Of a DNA stretch of 64,000 nucleotides, positions 1 to 9,678 are shown piece after piece. The position numbers and the translations under genes are program-made. The DNA is taken from the NCBI GenBank assembly GCA_965242695.1, contig CBDESU010000001.1, positions 1,408,001 through 1,472,000 on the forward strand. The letters run 5' to 3'. The notes below the pieces were generated by a model. The model worked only from the letters and a program-made list of their open reading frames with translations. It did no database searches and was not told where the DNA came from. Source of the stretch: Cenarchaeum sp. Its GTDB lineage: Archaea > Thermoproteota > Nitrososphaeria > Nitrososphaerales > Nitrosopumilaceae. Within the stretch, counting starts at the first letter, position 1. Every line of letters starts with the position of its first letter.

Positions 1-179
1 AGGCCCGTCACACTGGACGGGATTTGGCGCAGGGCGGGGGAGGGAAGGGCGTAGCATGTCGCGGCACGGCGCAGGAAGGGGAAATGAAGTCGCATAGGCC
101 TCGCATCGGCCGGCGCCGGCGGCGCGGCCACGCGATGCGGCCGCCCGTCCCACATGGCGCGTGCAGCCTGCGGAGATCT

Positions 180-820
180 GGTGCTGGAAAAATGGGGGAG
201 GGGCCGAGGGAGGGTGTTTGCGCCGCCCTCGGGCCGCCTTGGGTCGCCGCCCCCGCCGCTGGCAACAGGGGAGGCGCGCGCTCAGAAGAGGGGCCGGGTC
301 GTGGCGGGCGCGCCGGCTACGCCGCCGCCTGCGCCATGACGCATCTCCGCGCTCTTCTCAGCATCGCTGTTCCCTTGTGGACAGCCACTCGCATAGCCCG
401 AATGCGGCTACCTTGATGGCGATACAAAGGATTGCTATGTGCAACTTCTTCATGCTCTGAGTTTCACCTCCTTGGAATTTAGAATTTGTATGCAGTATTT
501 ATGCATTTTGCGTGCCCACAACGTACATATAGGTATCCACGGGCGCCGGCCCGTGGGACGGGACGCGTCCAGGGACGGCGACAAGGGCGATCGCGCCGGC
601 CGCGGGCGGCCCCGCAAGGCAGCAGGGGACGGCGAAGAGGAGGACGGCGAGCCGAGGTACGTCAGCCTGCGCGTCCCCAAGTCCGAGTACGACAAGCTCA
701 AGGACCTGAGGGGAAGGATGGAGAAAAAGCCAGACTATTCCTGGGTCGGCAGCCTCGCCCTCGGCGCCTTTGTTGGGCTGGCGGCGGGGCTCGCACTCGA
801 GCGGCTGACCCGGTCGGACG
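180..820 (+). repeat. Segmental duplication, copy 1 (copy 2 at about 24380..25018)
   Basis: Near-identical nucleotide sequence by eye, including the AT-rich upstream region and the small ORF. Confidence 0.9.
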
Positions 821-840
821 ATGGCGACAACGGCGAGTGA
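553..840 (+). CDS. Small protein with RHH-like motif (YVSLRVPKSEYDKL) and C-terminal hydrophobic/Gly-rich helix
   Basis: GTG at 553 is in frame with ORF 439..840 and lies about 22 nt after an ACATATAG box. Near-identical copy at 24751..25035. Confidence 0.6.
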   Translation: MGRDASRDGDKGDRAGRGRPRKAAGDGEEEDGEPRYVSLRVPKSEYDKLKDLRGRMEKKPDYSWVGSLALGAFVGLAAGLALERLTRSDDGDNGE

Positions 841-1014
841 CTCGCCCCGGCGCGGCCGGAGCATCGGATGCACCTGTCCGGACGCCCACGTCGGCCCCAG
901 GCCGTGCCCTGATGGTCCCGCCCGGCCGCGGCCCGCACCCGTGGCCGGCGCCGCCGATCGCCGCCAGCGCCGCCTCCCAGTGCCTTTATATGAAAAGGGC
1001 TGCCGGCTCCGGCC

Positions 1015-1983
1015 ATGAACCGCCTGCTCGGCGCCGCCTCCTGCATCGCAGTCGCAGTGGCGGTTGCCGCGGGCGCCCCCCCCCCCCTAGCGGGTGAGGC
1101 ATGCGCCCAGGAGGAGGACGGGCAGGTGCCGGCGTGGGTAAAGCAGGTCTTTGGGTTCTACGTCGACGGGCAGATATCCGAGGCAGAGCTCTTGAACGCC
1201 CTAAAGTACCTCATAGAGAACGGCATCATGGAGGTCGAGGCGCCTGCAGACCTGGGCATAGCAGACGAGGGCGACTTTTACGTCGTACACGGGCCAAACC
1301 CGAACTCGGCGTATCCCGACTACACGGCGGCCGAGTGGCTCCAGGACGTGCGCCTGCTCGAGGACAATGCGGAGTGGCTCAGCGACAACTACAGGCTCCC
1401 GTACGACGTCGAGGTTGCGGGCGCCGAGTGCGGCGAGGAGAATGCGTTCTACAGCCCGGGCGAAAAGGCGGTTACGATGTGCTACGAGTTCGTCGAGTAC
1501 ATCCTCGGCATAGGGTACGAGCTGTACGGCGACGACCCAGACATGGCAGAGGACTTTGCCTACAACGTCCTTGACGGCATCGTGTTGCACGAGGTCGGGC
1601 ATGCGCTGGTCGACGTGTACGATCTGCCGGTGACGGGGCTCGAGGAGGATGCCGTCGACCAGTTCGCCGCCCTCATACAGTCGCGCACGTATGGCGACTA
1701 CGATCCCTACTACGAGACGGGGCAGATCATGATGCTCGACGTGGCGCAATGGTGGGACTATGCGTCGCAGGACGAGACGCACTACTACTGGGACGTCCAC
1801 TCCCTGAGCATACAGCGGTTCTACAACATTGCATGCTACGCGTACGGCGCCGACCCAGAGTACAACGCCGGCATGGTCGGCGCGTGGTACCTGCCCGAGG
1901 AGAGGGCAGTGACCTGCCCGGACGAGTACGAGCAGATGTCGTCGAGCTGGGATCGGCTCTTGGAAGGGTACCTGGTCGAGTAG
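1015..1983 (+). CDS. Secreted DUF4344-type zinc metallopeptidase with N-terminal thaumarchaeal VPAWVK module
   Basis: Signal-peptide-like N-terminus; HEVGH (HExxH), EEDAVDQ, DVHSL..QRFYNIAC motifs; TTTATA box about 25 nt upstream. Confidence 0.85.
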   Translation: MNRLLGAASCIAVAVAVAAGAPPPLAGEACAQEEDGQVPAWVKQVFGFYVDGQISEAELLNALKYLIENGIMEVEAPADLGIADEGDFYVVHGPNPNSAYPDYTAAEWLQDVRLLEDNAEWLSDNYRLPYDVEVAGAECGEENAFYSPGEKAVTMCYEFVEYILGIGYELYGDDPDMAEDFAYNVLDGIVLHEVGHALVDVYDLPVTGLEEDAVDQFAALIQSRTYGDYDPYYETGQIMMLDVAQWWDYASQDETHYYWDVHSLSIQRFYNIACYAYGADPEYNAGMVGAWYLPEERAVTCPDEYEQMSSSWDRLLEGYLVE

Positions 1984-2683
1984 TAGCCATGCCAGAGGCA
2001 GGCATGGGCAGCTTCGGATACTGCGGCAGGGGGCAGTATTGTAGGGGCGCCGCGGTTCAAGGCCAGTGGGCGCGGCGCGGCAGGCACATCCGCCGCCGCA
2101 TACGGTAGAATGCGGCCGCTTCCTGCACAACCACCGCCCTACCACAGCACCCATGTGACACCAAGGGCGGCCTCCACGTGATTGCAGATTGGAGGCACGC
2201 CGCAGCGGCAGGAGCCGTAGCCGCCACCACTGCCCGCGCAGGGCGCACAGTCAGGGGCGTCAACACATCAGATTCGTCCCCGACAGGCTCGGACGATTCG
2301 CCATTAGGGCACCTCAATCCCGATTCCAGCTACAGGGAGGCACGGTGCGGCACCCGCGGTCAGTCTTGGTGCCATCGCCAAGGCCGATCCCGCCGCCCAT
2401 GCCCCGCACTACGCCAACCAGGCCTGCCACTGCCGGTCCCGACTCACCCCTCCACTCCCCGCCGCTCATGTCGCGGCCGCCCCTGAGCATGGCACATGGC
2501 CACCCCTGCTAACGCCCCCCCCCCACCTGCGACATGCACAACTGTCATGTCCGTCTAGGGCGCCACCGTGCAACCTGTTCGCGCCGATCCACGCCTAGAC
2601 AGCGGGGTCGTCATGAGCACATACGACCAGCTGCGATCGGCCAAGAGGGATGGTTCATATAGGGCCCGTAGGCGCCGGCTCCC

Positions 2684-2747
2684 GTGGGGGTGTCGCCTCT
2701 CCAGGCGGCATCACCGAGCGTCCTAAGTAACTAATTTGTTGCTTTTT
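2684..2747 (+). ncRNA. Putative small RNA (type A, copy 1), convergent with and overlapping the 3' end of gene 2723..3886
   Basis: TTCATATA box at 2654-2661; hairpin GGUGUCGCC-UCUCCA-GGCGGCAUC with two G-U pairs valid only on this strand; ends in TTTTT. Block 2681..2747 is 66/67 nt identical to 54880..54946. Confidence 0.65.
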
Positions 2748-3886
2748 ATTGATCGTCGGAGTTCCAAGCCAGATACCACCTCTATGTCAGCCGAGTGCCG
2801 GAGTGTCTCTCCCACCAGCCTAGACTTGTCCCCGACATAGACAAAAGCGTCATTGTCACGGACAGACTGGACATCCTCGTCAAGCTTGAAGATCTTGGGC
2901 GATCCCGACAGCTCGAACGCCTTGCGCACAACGGCGGAGTATGTGGCGGACTGCTTTATGGCCATGGGAAACGAAACCGGCTTGGGCCCTGCATCGTCCA
3001 GCACCCCGTCTTTGCCCCCTGACTCATCACCCCGTCCCCAGTCCATGCTAGGGGGAGCAGGATCACCAAGACTGTCAATGGAGAGGAACACGGTCGGCTT
3101 TGCGATGTATGGGACTATGTTGATGGGCTTGTTCGAATACCACGCATAGCTCCACAGGTTGCCGTGCCCGTAGACGGAGACGTTGACGTCAAACGAGTAC
3201 GGCTCCCACACCTTGCGAACATTGTCCGGCTCGAGTTTAAGGTACGCAGAATACAGCTTTGCGTCAGTGAGGAAGGCAAGCAGGTCCGCGCAGGCTATGG
3301 TTGCATCGCACTCGTCGCCCTTCCAGTACACCTTGGGCCTGTGCTTTACCAGCATGTCCCATGCACGGGTCTGCTTTGACGTGAACGAGTCGATCCTTAT
3401 GTCCATGTCGTCCGGGATTTTCTTGGCAGTGTGAACGTAACTCTGGGCCGTCAGGTATGAGAACATTGGCCCAAGTCTGTCGATGAACGACCTAGTCCGT
3501 ATGCTACGGGCAGAGCCTCCACTACCACCCACTGAAACAGTCGGGTGCGTGATAGGCGAAAGGCCGACGAACGAACAGTGAATGCACTCGATCGTGTCCT
3601 GGATCGAAGACACCAGCTTGTCGGCAAGCGCTATCGCCTTACGCCTCCCGTGTTTGAGCAGGCCGTTCGTAGACATGAACGGCAGACTGGTGTCAATGTC
3701 AAACCTGCCCTTGAGCCGGTCAAATTCCGCGACAAAGGCCCTCGTGAATGCATCCTCGTCGGGTATGACGACCCCGATGCCCAGCTGCGTGCTGTGACCC
3801 GTATACTTTTCCTCGCCCGGCGCCCCCCGCGCCTCAGCCACCGTACCCCTGTTGAAGGGCTTTGAGTCAAACGCGGCAACCCGCAC
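2723..3886 (-). CDS. Uncharacterised 387-aa protein, putative RNase H-like/DUF3800-like fold
   Basis: Long ORF with full-length paralog at 25321..26484 sharing AFDxKPF, GIGV, LGPMxSY, IDxF, WxGDEC, IACADxLxFLTDAKL and SGLELR. Start could alternatively be ATG 3898. Confidence 0.75.
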   Translation of the reverse strand: MRVAAFDSKPFNRGTVAEARGAPGEEKYTGHSTQLGIGVVIPDEDAFTRAFVAEFDRLKGRFDIDTSLPFMSTNGLLKHGRRKAIALADKLVSSIQDTIECIHCSFVGLSPITHPTVSVGGSGGSARSIRTRSFIDRLGPMFSYLTAQSYVHTAKKIPDDMDIRIDSFTSKQTRAWDMLVKHRPKVYWKGDECDATIACADLLAFLTDAKLYSAYLKLEPDNVRKVWEPYSFDVNVSVYGHGNLWSYAWYSNKPINIVPYIAKPTVFLSIDSLGDPAPPSMDWGRGDESGGKDGVLDDAGPKPVSFPMAIKQSATYSAVVRKAFELSGSPKIFKLDEDVQSVRDNDAFVYVGDKSRLVGETLRHSADIEVVSGLELRRSIKSNKLVT

Positions 3887-4333
3887 AGCGGCCTTCATTC
3901 CGCCTTCTATAACAGTGTTTAGCATGGCACGCAGGGTGTGTTTGGGCCGCCGCGAGCGTCAATCTGCCCCCGTGTGGCATACGAGTACAAGGATGTCAAT
4001 GCCTGCCACTGTCGCACATTGTCCCGTGCATGCACGGCAGTCCATGGATCAAGTCAGGCAGCAGCTGCGCGGTCTTGCGATCCCAAGCGGCGGGCCGTGC
4101 ACAATCACCTACGGGGATCGTGTGCAATCGGGGGTCGATATCCGCCGATGATGCCAGCCGTGGAGCCTAGGCCGGCGGCAGGGAGCGCATCCCGGGGGCT
4201 TGTGCCCACTGCGCTCGAAGGCTTTGGAGGTGGCGCGTCCGGCAGCCTGCGGCGCCGCGCTCGATTCCCGGGGCACAGAGGCGCCGTCATGGCGCCCCCT
4301 GCGCCCCCGCCTCGTGCAGGGAGTGCGCCCGGG

Positions 4334-4437
4334 GCGCACCATCGCGCCGCACTAGCCCTGCAACACACCCGCCTGTCGGCGGGGCCGGCGGCGATCTCGC
4401 GGTGGCGCACCATCGCGCCGCACTAGCCCTGCAACAC
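4334..4437. repeat. Direct repeat of about 33 nt (GCGCACCATCGCGCCGCACTAGCCCTGCAACAC), two copies
   Basis: Copies start near 4334 and 4405. Confidence 0.75.
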
Positions 4438-4776
4438 GCCCTCTCCCCCCCTGTCAGGGGTCCCACGCGGCTCAACGGAGTGCGACGGTTACTTAAGAGG
4501 CCTTCAGAAGGGTTGGAGTCTACTCAGCCCACCCGTCCGCGGCCCGACGCCCGGACGTGACGCTCAGAGATCCCGCCAGGGCATGCGAAGGCTCGACAGG
4601 GATGCCAGCAGTGGCACGCAGGCGCCTGCCGCTCGCCCGCGGGCGCCAGGACCGGCGATGTCCAAGGCCGCACGAAACCGTGGCTACAACATCTCCTAGG
4701 CCACCCCCCCCCCCTCCCGAGCCGCGCCAAGATGTCCGCTCCAAACGGATAATAGGCGGGGTGCCAAGGATCTCGC

Positions 4777-7251
4777 ATGCGGGACGCCTACAGCCTGTTC
4801 GAGACCGTGTGCTCCAAGGGCACAAGCGAGGAATATGGGCAGTGGGAGGTAAAGCGGGCGGCAAAGCCGTACATAGACTACCTCAAGGAGGTGCAGGAAT
4901 GGCACATGGACAGGTCCGTGTCATGGAAGGTCAGGCGCCCGGGCGAGGGCAGGGGGAGGGGAGCCGGAGGCAGGCCGAATGCGCCAAGCGGGCAGAGGCG
5001 GCAGAAGGGCACTCCCATCAGCCTAGAGGGAGTGGACGATGCCGATCTGCGGCGCATCGTCGACGCCGCACGGACGCTAGGCCACGTGTACGAGTACGAC
5101 CCCGACGACGGTCCAAGGGTGAGCAGGGACGACATGATAGGCGTCACGGGAATCGACGAGGATGAGCTGCTCATCTGGCTTGAGCGCAGCCCCACCAAGC
5201 CCTGCCTCAAGGCGGAGCGGAGCACGTACCAGGAGGCGATGGCCGTCAGGGCGATGGAGGAGATGCTGTACAGGCCGAGCAGGGCCCACATGCCGCTGCG
5301 CAGGCTGTTCCGCAGGAAGAGCGGCGCGGCATGGCCGCGCTTCAAGGGGCGGCGGGTCGACAGGTGGTTCTTCCTGAGCGGCGACGTCGACGGGGCCGAC
5401 GAGCAGAGGCGGTTCGTGCGGATCGCCCTGGGCACGCCGGACTTTGCGTTCCTAGAGGGGCCGCCGGGCTCGGGCAAGACTGCCGTCCTGTGCGAGCTGG
5501 CCGTGCAGATGGCGGTGCGCGGCAAGCGCGTCCTGTTCTGCGCATCGACGAACGTCGCAGTCGACAACCTGATCGAGCGCATGGTCGAAAAGGGCGGCGA
5601 CGTTATGAGGCACGTGGCGCCGGTCAGGATAGGCAGGTCGGACAAGGTCTCGGAGGCGGCGTCCCGCTACGAGTACGGCAGGTTCGCGCGAACCGTCGGG
5701 GAGAAGATGCATGCTGCCATCTCGGGGCGCAAGTCCAGGAGCGGGGCGCAGGAGGCGATGCTCAAGGTGCTGGAAGGAGGGGACGAGGAGGCGCTCGGAG
5801 GCATGGTGCGCGACCACGCCAACCTGGTGTGCGGAACGACCATTGGCATGCTGTCCCATCCGGACATACGGAACAGGACGCTGCGCCGGTTCGACATGAT
5901 GATCCTCGACGAGGCGTCCAAGACGACGCTGCAGGAGTTCCTCGTGCCCGCCGTGCATGCAGACAGGTGGATCATAGCCGGCGACACGCGGCAGCTGGTC
6001 CCGTACACCGACAGTGCCGACATGGCCGTGCACGTGGGCGCATGCATCGAGCCCGAGGAGGGGGAGGCATGCCTTGACGCATTCATGGCCAAGAAGCGCG
6101 GGCAGACGACCGTGCTGGTCGGCATCGGGCCGGCGGCGGAAGCGGCGTACAGGGCGCAGTGCGAAAGGCTTGGCGTGAAGATTCAACGTGGCAGCGCAGG
6201 CGGCATCGAAAGGGGGGAGGTCGTGATCTGGGGCGGGGCGGCAGGGGATGCGCCGAAGAGGCCCGGCGTCGTGCTGAGGGGCGCGGCAGGGGATGCGGCA
6301 GATCCGCGCCGCGGCAGGGGAGGAGGGGGAGAGCGGACATGGTCCGAAGAGGTGGCGTGGCGCATAGGAATCCACTGGCACGGCATGCAGGGCGCAAAGG
6401 GCGGGCGCGGCGAGGGCCTTGGCGAAGAGATCGACATGCTCATGCCAGCGCGCGACGGCGGGGACGAGGTGCGCCAGCAGGTCGACAGGGTCAGGCGGAT
6501 CGCAGTCCCGTCGGTGCTAGAGGTCATTCAGGACGGCTTCCCCGGCGGCCACGTCGACGGCGACACGCTCTTGGAGCACGGCATGCCGTGCGACGACTTT
6601 GGCAGGAGGCATGCGCTGCTCGAGTGGCAGCACAGGATGCACCCCGATATTGCGGCGTTCTCCCACCGGCACGTGTACGGGGGGCTCGCCCTCAGGACTC
6701 CGGACGGCATGGCGGAGAGGCGCGCCTGGATCTACGGCAGGTACAGCCACAGGGCGGTGTGGATCGACGTGAGGGGAAGGGGCTCGGACGGGGCCGGATC
6801 GGTATCGAACGAGGACGAGGCGAGGCTCATGGCCGGCGAGGTCGGGGCGTTTGCGGAGTTTGCCAAGAAGAACCGGCGCCCCGGCGGCGGGCCGTGGGAG
6901 GTCGCCGTGCTGCCGTTCTATGCGGGCCAGCTGAGGCTGCTGCAGAGGCACATGCGCAGGCTCGCGCAGGGCGGCGGGCCGCACACGTTCCGCATCCCGC
7001 CCGAAAGGCCTTGCGTCCTGGTGGGGCTTCACACGGTCGACTCGTTCCAGGGCCACGAGGCGGACTTTGTCCTGATCGGGCTGACCAACTCCCACCCGAC
7101 CCTGTTCCTGGGCAACCCGAACCGCCTCAACGTGGCCCTGACGCGGGCGCGCTACCAGTGCGCGATCTTCGGCGACAGGGCCGCCATGTCCAGGGAGCCG
7201 CTCCTTGCGGACCTTGTGCGCGAGACCCGGCACTGGAAGGGGGTGGCGTAG
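4777..7251 (+). CDS. Superfamily 1 (Upf1/DNA2/NAM7-like, AAA_11/AAA_12) helicase
   Basis: GPPGSGKT, STNVAVD, DEAS, GDTRQL, QHRM, PFYAGQ, TVDSFQGHE and NRLNVALTRAR motifs. Confidence 0.92.
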   Translation: MRDAYSLFETVCSKGTSEEYGQWEVKRAAKPYIDYLKEVQEWHMDRSVSWKVRRPGEGRGRGAGGRPNAPSGQRRQKGTPISLEGVDDADLRRIVDAARTLGHVYEYDPDDGPRVSRDDMIGVTGIDEDELLIWLERSPTKPCLKAERSTYQEAMAVRAMEEMLYRPSRAHMPLRRLFRRKSGAAWPRFKGRRVDRWFFLSGDVDGADEQRRFVRIALGTPDFAFLEGPPGSGKTAVLCELAVQMAVRGKRVLFCASTNVAVDNLIERMVEKGGDVMRHVAPVRIGRSDKVSEAASRYEYGRFARTVGEKMHAAISGRKSRSGAQEAMLKVLEGGDEEALGGMVRDHANLVCGTTIGMLSHPDIRNRTLRRFDMMILDEASKTTLQEFLVPAVHADRWIIAGDTRQLVPYTDSADMAVHVGACIEPEEGEACLDAFMAKKRGQTTVLVGIGPAAEAAYRAQCERLGVKIQRGSAGGIERGEVVIWGGAAGDAPKRPGVVLRGAAGDAADPRRGRGGGGERTWSEEVAWRIGIHWHGMQGAKGGRGEGLGEEIDMLMPARDGGDEVRQQVDRVRRIAVPSVLEVIQDGFPGGHVDGDTLLEHGMPCDDFGRRHALLEWQHRMHPDIAAFSHRHVYGGLALRTPDGMAERRAWIYGRYSHRAVWIDVRGRGSDGAGSVSNEDEARLMAGEVGAFAEFAKKNRRPGGGPWEVAVLPFYAGQLRLLQRHMRRLAQGGGPHTFRIPPERPCVLVGLHTVDSFQGHEADFVLIGLTNSHPTLFLGNPNRLNVALTRARYQCAIFGDRAAMSREPLLADLVRETRHWKGVA

Positions 7252-7272
7252 TCGATCGTCCTCGAGGCCAGC

Positions 7273-8376
7273 GTGCAGGTCGAGTGCCATGTGATCCACG
7301 CCGACATGGCCCTGTCGGCCGACGTGCCGCACAATGTGCCCATCCTGGAGCATCTGAGGGAGCGCGGCGGAGGGGCGACCGCGGCGTCCCTGTCGGAGGA
7401 GCTGTTCCTGATCGAGCCGGTGTGCAGGAGCCTGCTCGCCTTTTGCGGCGAGAACGGGCTGGCGGAGGAGGCCGGAGGGGGGCGCTACGCGATCACGCCC
7501 GAAGGGACGGCCGCGCTCGGGAGCGGCAGGGCATTCACGCGCAGGGAGGGCATGTGGAAGGTGTACGTCGCCAGCCACGGGGCGATCCCCGAGGGTGCCG
7601 AGGTGGTGAGGATCGAAGACGGCTCGACGGAGGCAGGATACATGCCGTGGATGGGGGACAGGCAGCCCGCGGCCAAGAGGCTGGGGCCGGCTGCGCGGGC
7701 CCTGGAGGGGGCCACGCTGCGCCCCGCGCTCGGGACGGCAAGGGAGGCGGTCGTGCGCGACATCCACGGGAACGAGAAGGAGATCGAGGCGGACATGTCG
7801 CTGAGGCTTCGCATCAGGCTGGACGGAGGAGGCGGGGCGGGGGCGACCCTGCTGGCGTCGAGGGACGGGGGAGTGGCGGGGCGGGGGCGCACACCCGGCT
7901 TGCCGGGCGAGGCGGCCCTGCCCTGCGCGCCAGTAACGGAGGACATGGCCATGGAGTCGCTGCTGGACGGCGAGCGCGGCATGGAATGGGACGCCAAAAA
8001 CGGGCGCATTGCGGCGGACTACGACTGCCTGTCCGACGAGGAACGGTCGAGCATGCGAAAGACGATGCGGTTCGAGGACGTCGAGATAGGAGGGATGAGG
8101 TTCGAGGCCGCGCTGGTGACGGCCGGCGTGTTCCCGCAAAACGAGGCGGACGCCAGAAAGTGGGCCCGCCACCTGTTTGCCGACATGGCCGCGGACTATG
8201 TGACGCGCGAGGAGTACGAGCGCCTGGCAGGCTCGATCGAGAAGCGGCTCGAGTACTTTGACGCAGGAATGGGGGACCGCGCCGGCCACGTGCCCAAAGG
8301 TGGCGGCGGGCGCGGAGCCCGGCGCCGCCCGCGCCTGTTCTGGCTTGTGCAGGCGATGGAGGACTGGGACCTGTGA
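7273..8376 (+). CDS. Hypothetical protein with probable N-terminal winged helix, middle gene of helicase-PLD operon
   Basis: 367-aa ORF with wHTH-like 'ENGLAEE..YAITPEG'; its stop overlaps the start of the next gene (GTGA). Confidence 0.7.
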   Translation: MQVECHVIHADMALSADVPHNVPILEHLRERGGGATAASLSEELFLIEPVCRSLLAFCGENGLAEEAGGGRYAITPEGTAALGSGRAFTRREGMWKVYVASHGAIPEGAEVVRIEDGSTEAGYMPWMGDRQPAAKRLGPAARALEGATLRPALGTAREAVVRDIHGNEKEIEADMSLRLRIRLDGGGGAGATLLASRDGGVAGRGRTPGLPGEAALPCAPVTEDMAMESLLDGERGMEWDAKNGRIAADYDCLSDEERSSMRKTMRFEDVEIGGMRFEAALVTAGVFPQNEADARKWARHLFADMAADYVTREEYERLAGSIEKRLEYFDAGMGDRAGHVPKGGGGRGARRRPRLFWLVQAMEDWDL

Positions 8377-9425
8377 CCGGCGCGGGCGCGGGAAGGACCC
8401 CGGGCAGAGAGTTCGAGTGGGCAGGCAATCCGCGGTACAGGACGAGTAGGAAAGATTCGACGAAAAGAGTGACCGGGATCATCGACGGGGCCCGCGAGGT
8501 CCTGGTCGCATCGACCTTTCTGCTGGCCGACGACAGGGTGGCCGATGCCCTGCTCAGGGCGGCGGACAGGGGTGCTAGGTGCTACCTGCTGATGGCCGCA
8601 GAGGCGCGCCTGAGGAGGGACGAGGGGACCGAGTTTGAGCAGAGGGCGCACCGCAACCACGTCGGGACGCTGCGCAGGCTCGGCGACGGGAACGCCGTAC
8701 TGGTCCGCTCGGCCGACGAGTTCCACGCAAAGGCCGTCGTGGCCGACCCCATGTCGGACAGGCCGAGCGGCATTGTAATGACGGCCAACCTTACGCGCGA
8801 GGCGCTCTCCCGCAACCAGGAGCTGTTCGTCGACCTGACCGAGGGCGAGGCGCGGGAGGCAGGGAGGGTCCTGCGCGAGGCGCTCTGGGAGCGGGCCACG
8901 CACGAGCTGGCTGACGGCGACCTGCGCAGCTGCAAGCCGCTCGGCAAGGTCGGGCCCGCGGCCACGGGCAGGGTGCTGCAGGGCGGCTCGAACCCGCAGC
9001 TGCGCGAGAGGCTGTACGGGATGCTCGATGCTGGGCCGAAAAAAGTCGCCGCCTCGAGCTTTGGGTGGGACGAGTCGCACCCCGTCGTCGACCGCCTCTG
9101 CCGGCTGGCCGAGGGAGGGACGGACGTGACGATCCTGGCGCGCGCGGGCAGGCCGGCCGCAATGGGAGCCCTAGAGAGGCTGCGGGTGGCAGGGGCACGG
9201 GTCGCGGGGTTTTCGTGGCTGCACGCAAAGGCCGTGGCGACCGAGTCCGAGGCGGTCGTAATGTCGGCGAACATCGAGCCGCAGGGCCTCGAGAGGGGGT
9301 TCGAGATGGGCATTGCGCTCGGCGGCAGGAGGGCGGCCGACGTCAGGGGCGCGCTGGACAGGTGGGCATCGAACCCGGAGTTTGTGCTGTTCAAGAGGCA
9401 GGGCGGCGCGCGTCCAGCCAAGTGA
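8373..9425 (+). CDS. Phospholipase D-superfamily protein with two HKD-like motifs (probable nuclease)
   Basis: FHAKAVVAD...TANLT and LHAKAVATE...SANIE; translationally coupled to the upstream gene. Confidence 0.85.
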   Translation: MTGAGAGRTPGREFEWAGNPRYRTSRKDSTKRVTGIIDGAREVLVASTFLLADDRVADALLRAADRGARCYLLMAAEARLRRDEGTEFEQRAHRNHVGTLRRLGDGNAVLVRSADEFHAKAVVADPMSDRPSGIVMTANLTREALSRNQELFVDLTEGEAREAGRVLREALWERATHELADGDLRSCKPLGKVGPAATGRVLQGGSNPQLRERLYGMLDAGPKKVAASSFGWDESHPVVDRLCRLAEGGTDVTILARAGRPAAMGALERLRVAGARVAGFSWLHAKAVATESEAVVMSANIEPQGLERGFEMGIALGGRRAADVRGALDRWASNPEFVLFKRQGGARPAK

Positions 9426-9678
9426 TCTGGCCAGGGCGGTCGAAGATGCACGGCGCGGGCGCGGGCGGCGGCATCTAGGGCGGCCTGTTCCTTTGTGCAT
9501 GGGCGCCGCTTCAATGCCCGCCCGCCGCCGCCGCCGCTGCGCCGGGCAGTCGGGGGCCAGCCTGCCGCTTTTTGCATCGCCAAGTATCCAAGCCAGGCGG
9601 CGCCGCAGTCACGACGGCGCAGGATGACGCATTCTGCGCGCGGCATTCGCGCACCTCCGACTCCATGCCCCGCCATCT

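Noticed and set aside
6159-8289. Long alternative-frame ORFs (6159..8261 +, 6517..8289 -) and many similar Arg/Gly/Pro-rich ORFs
   Set aside because: Shadow ORFs of GC-rich coding sequence with no motifs; they overlap well-supported genes.
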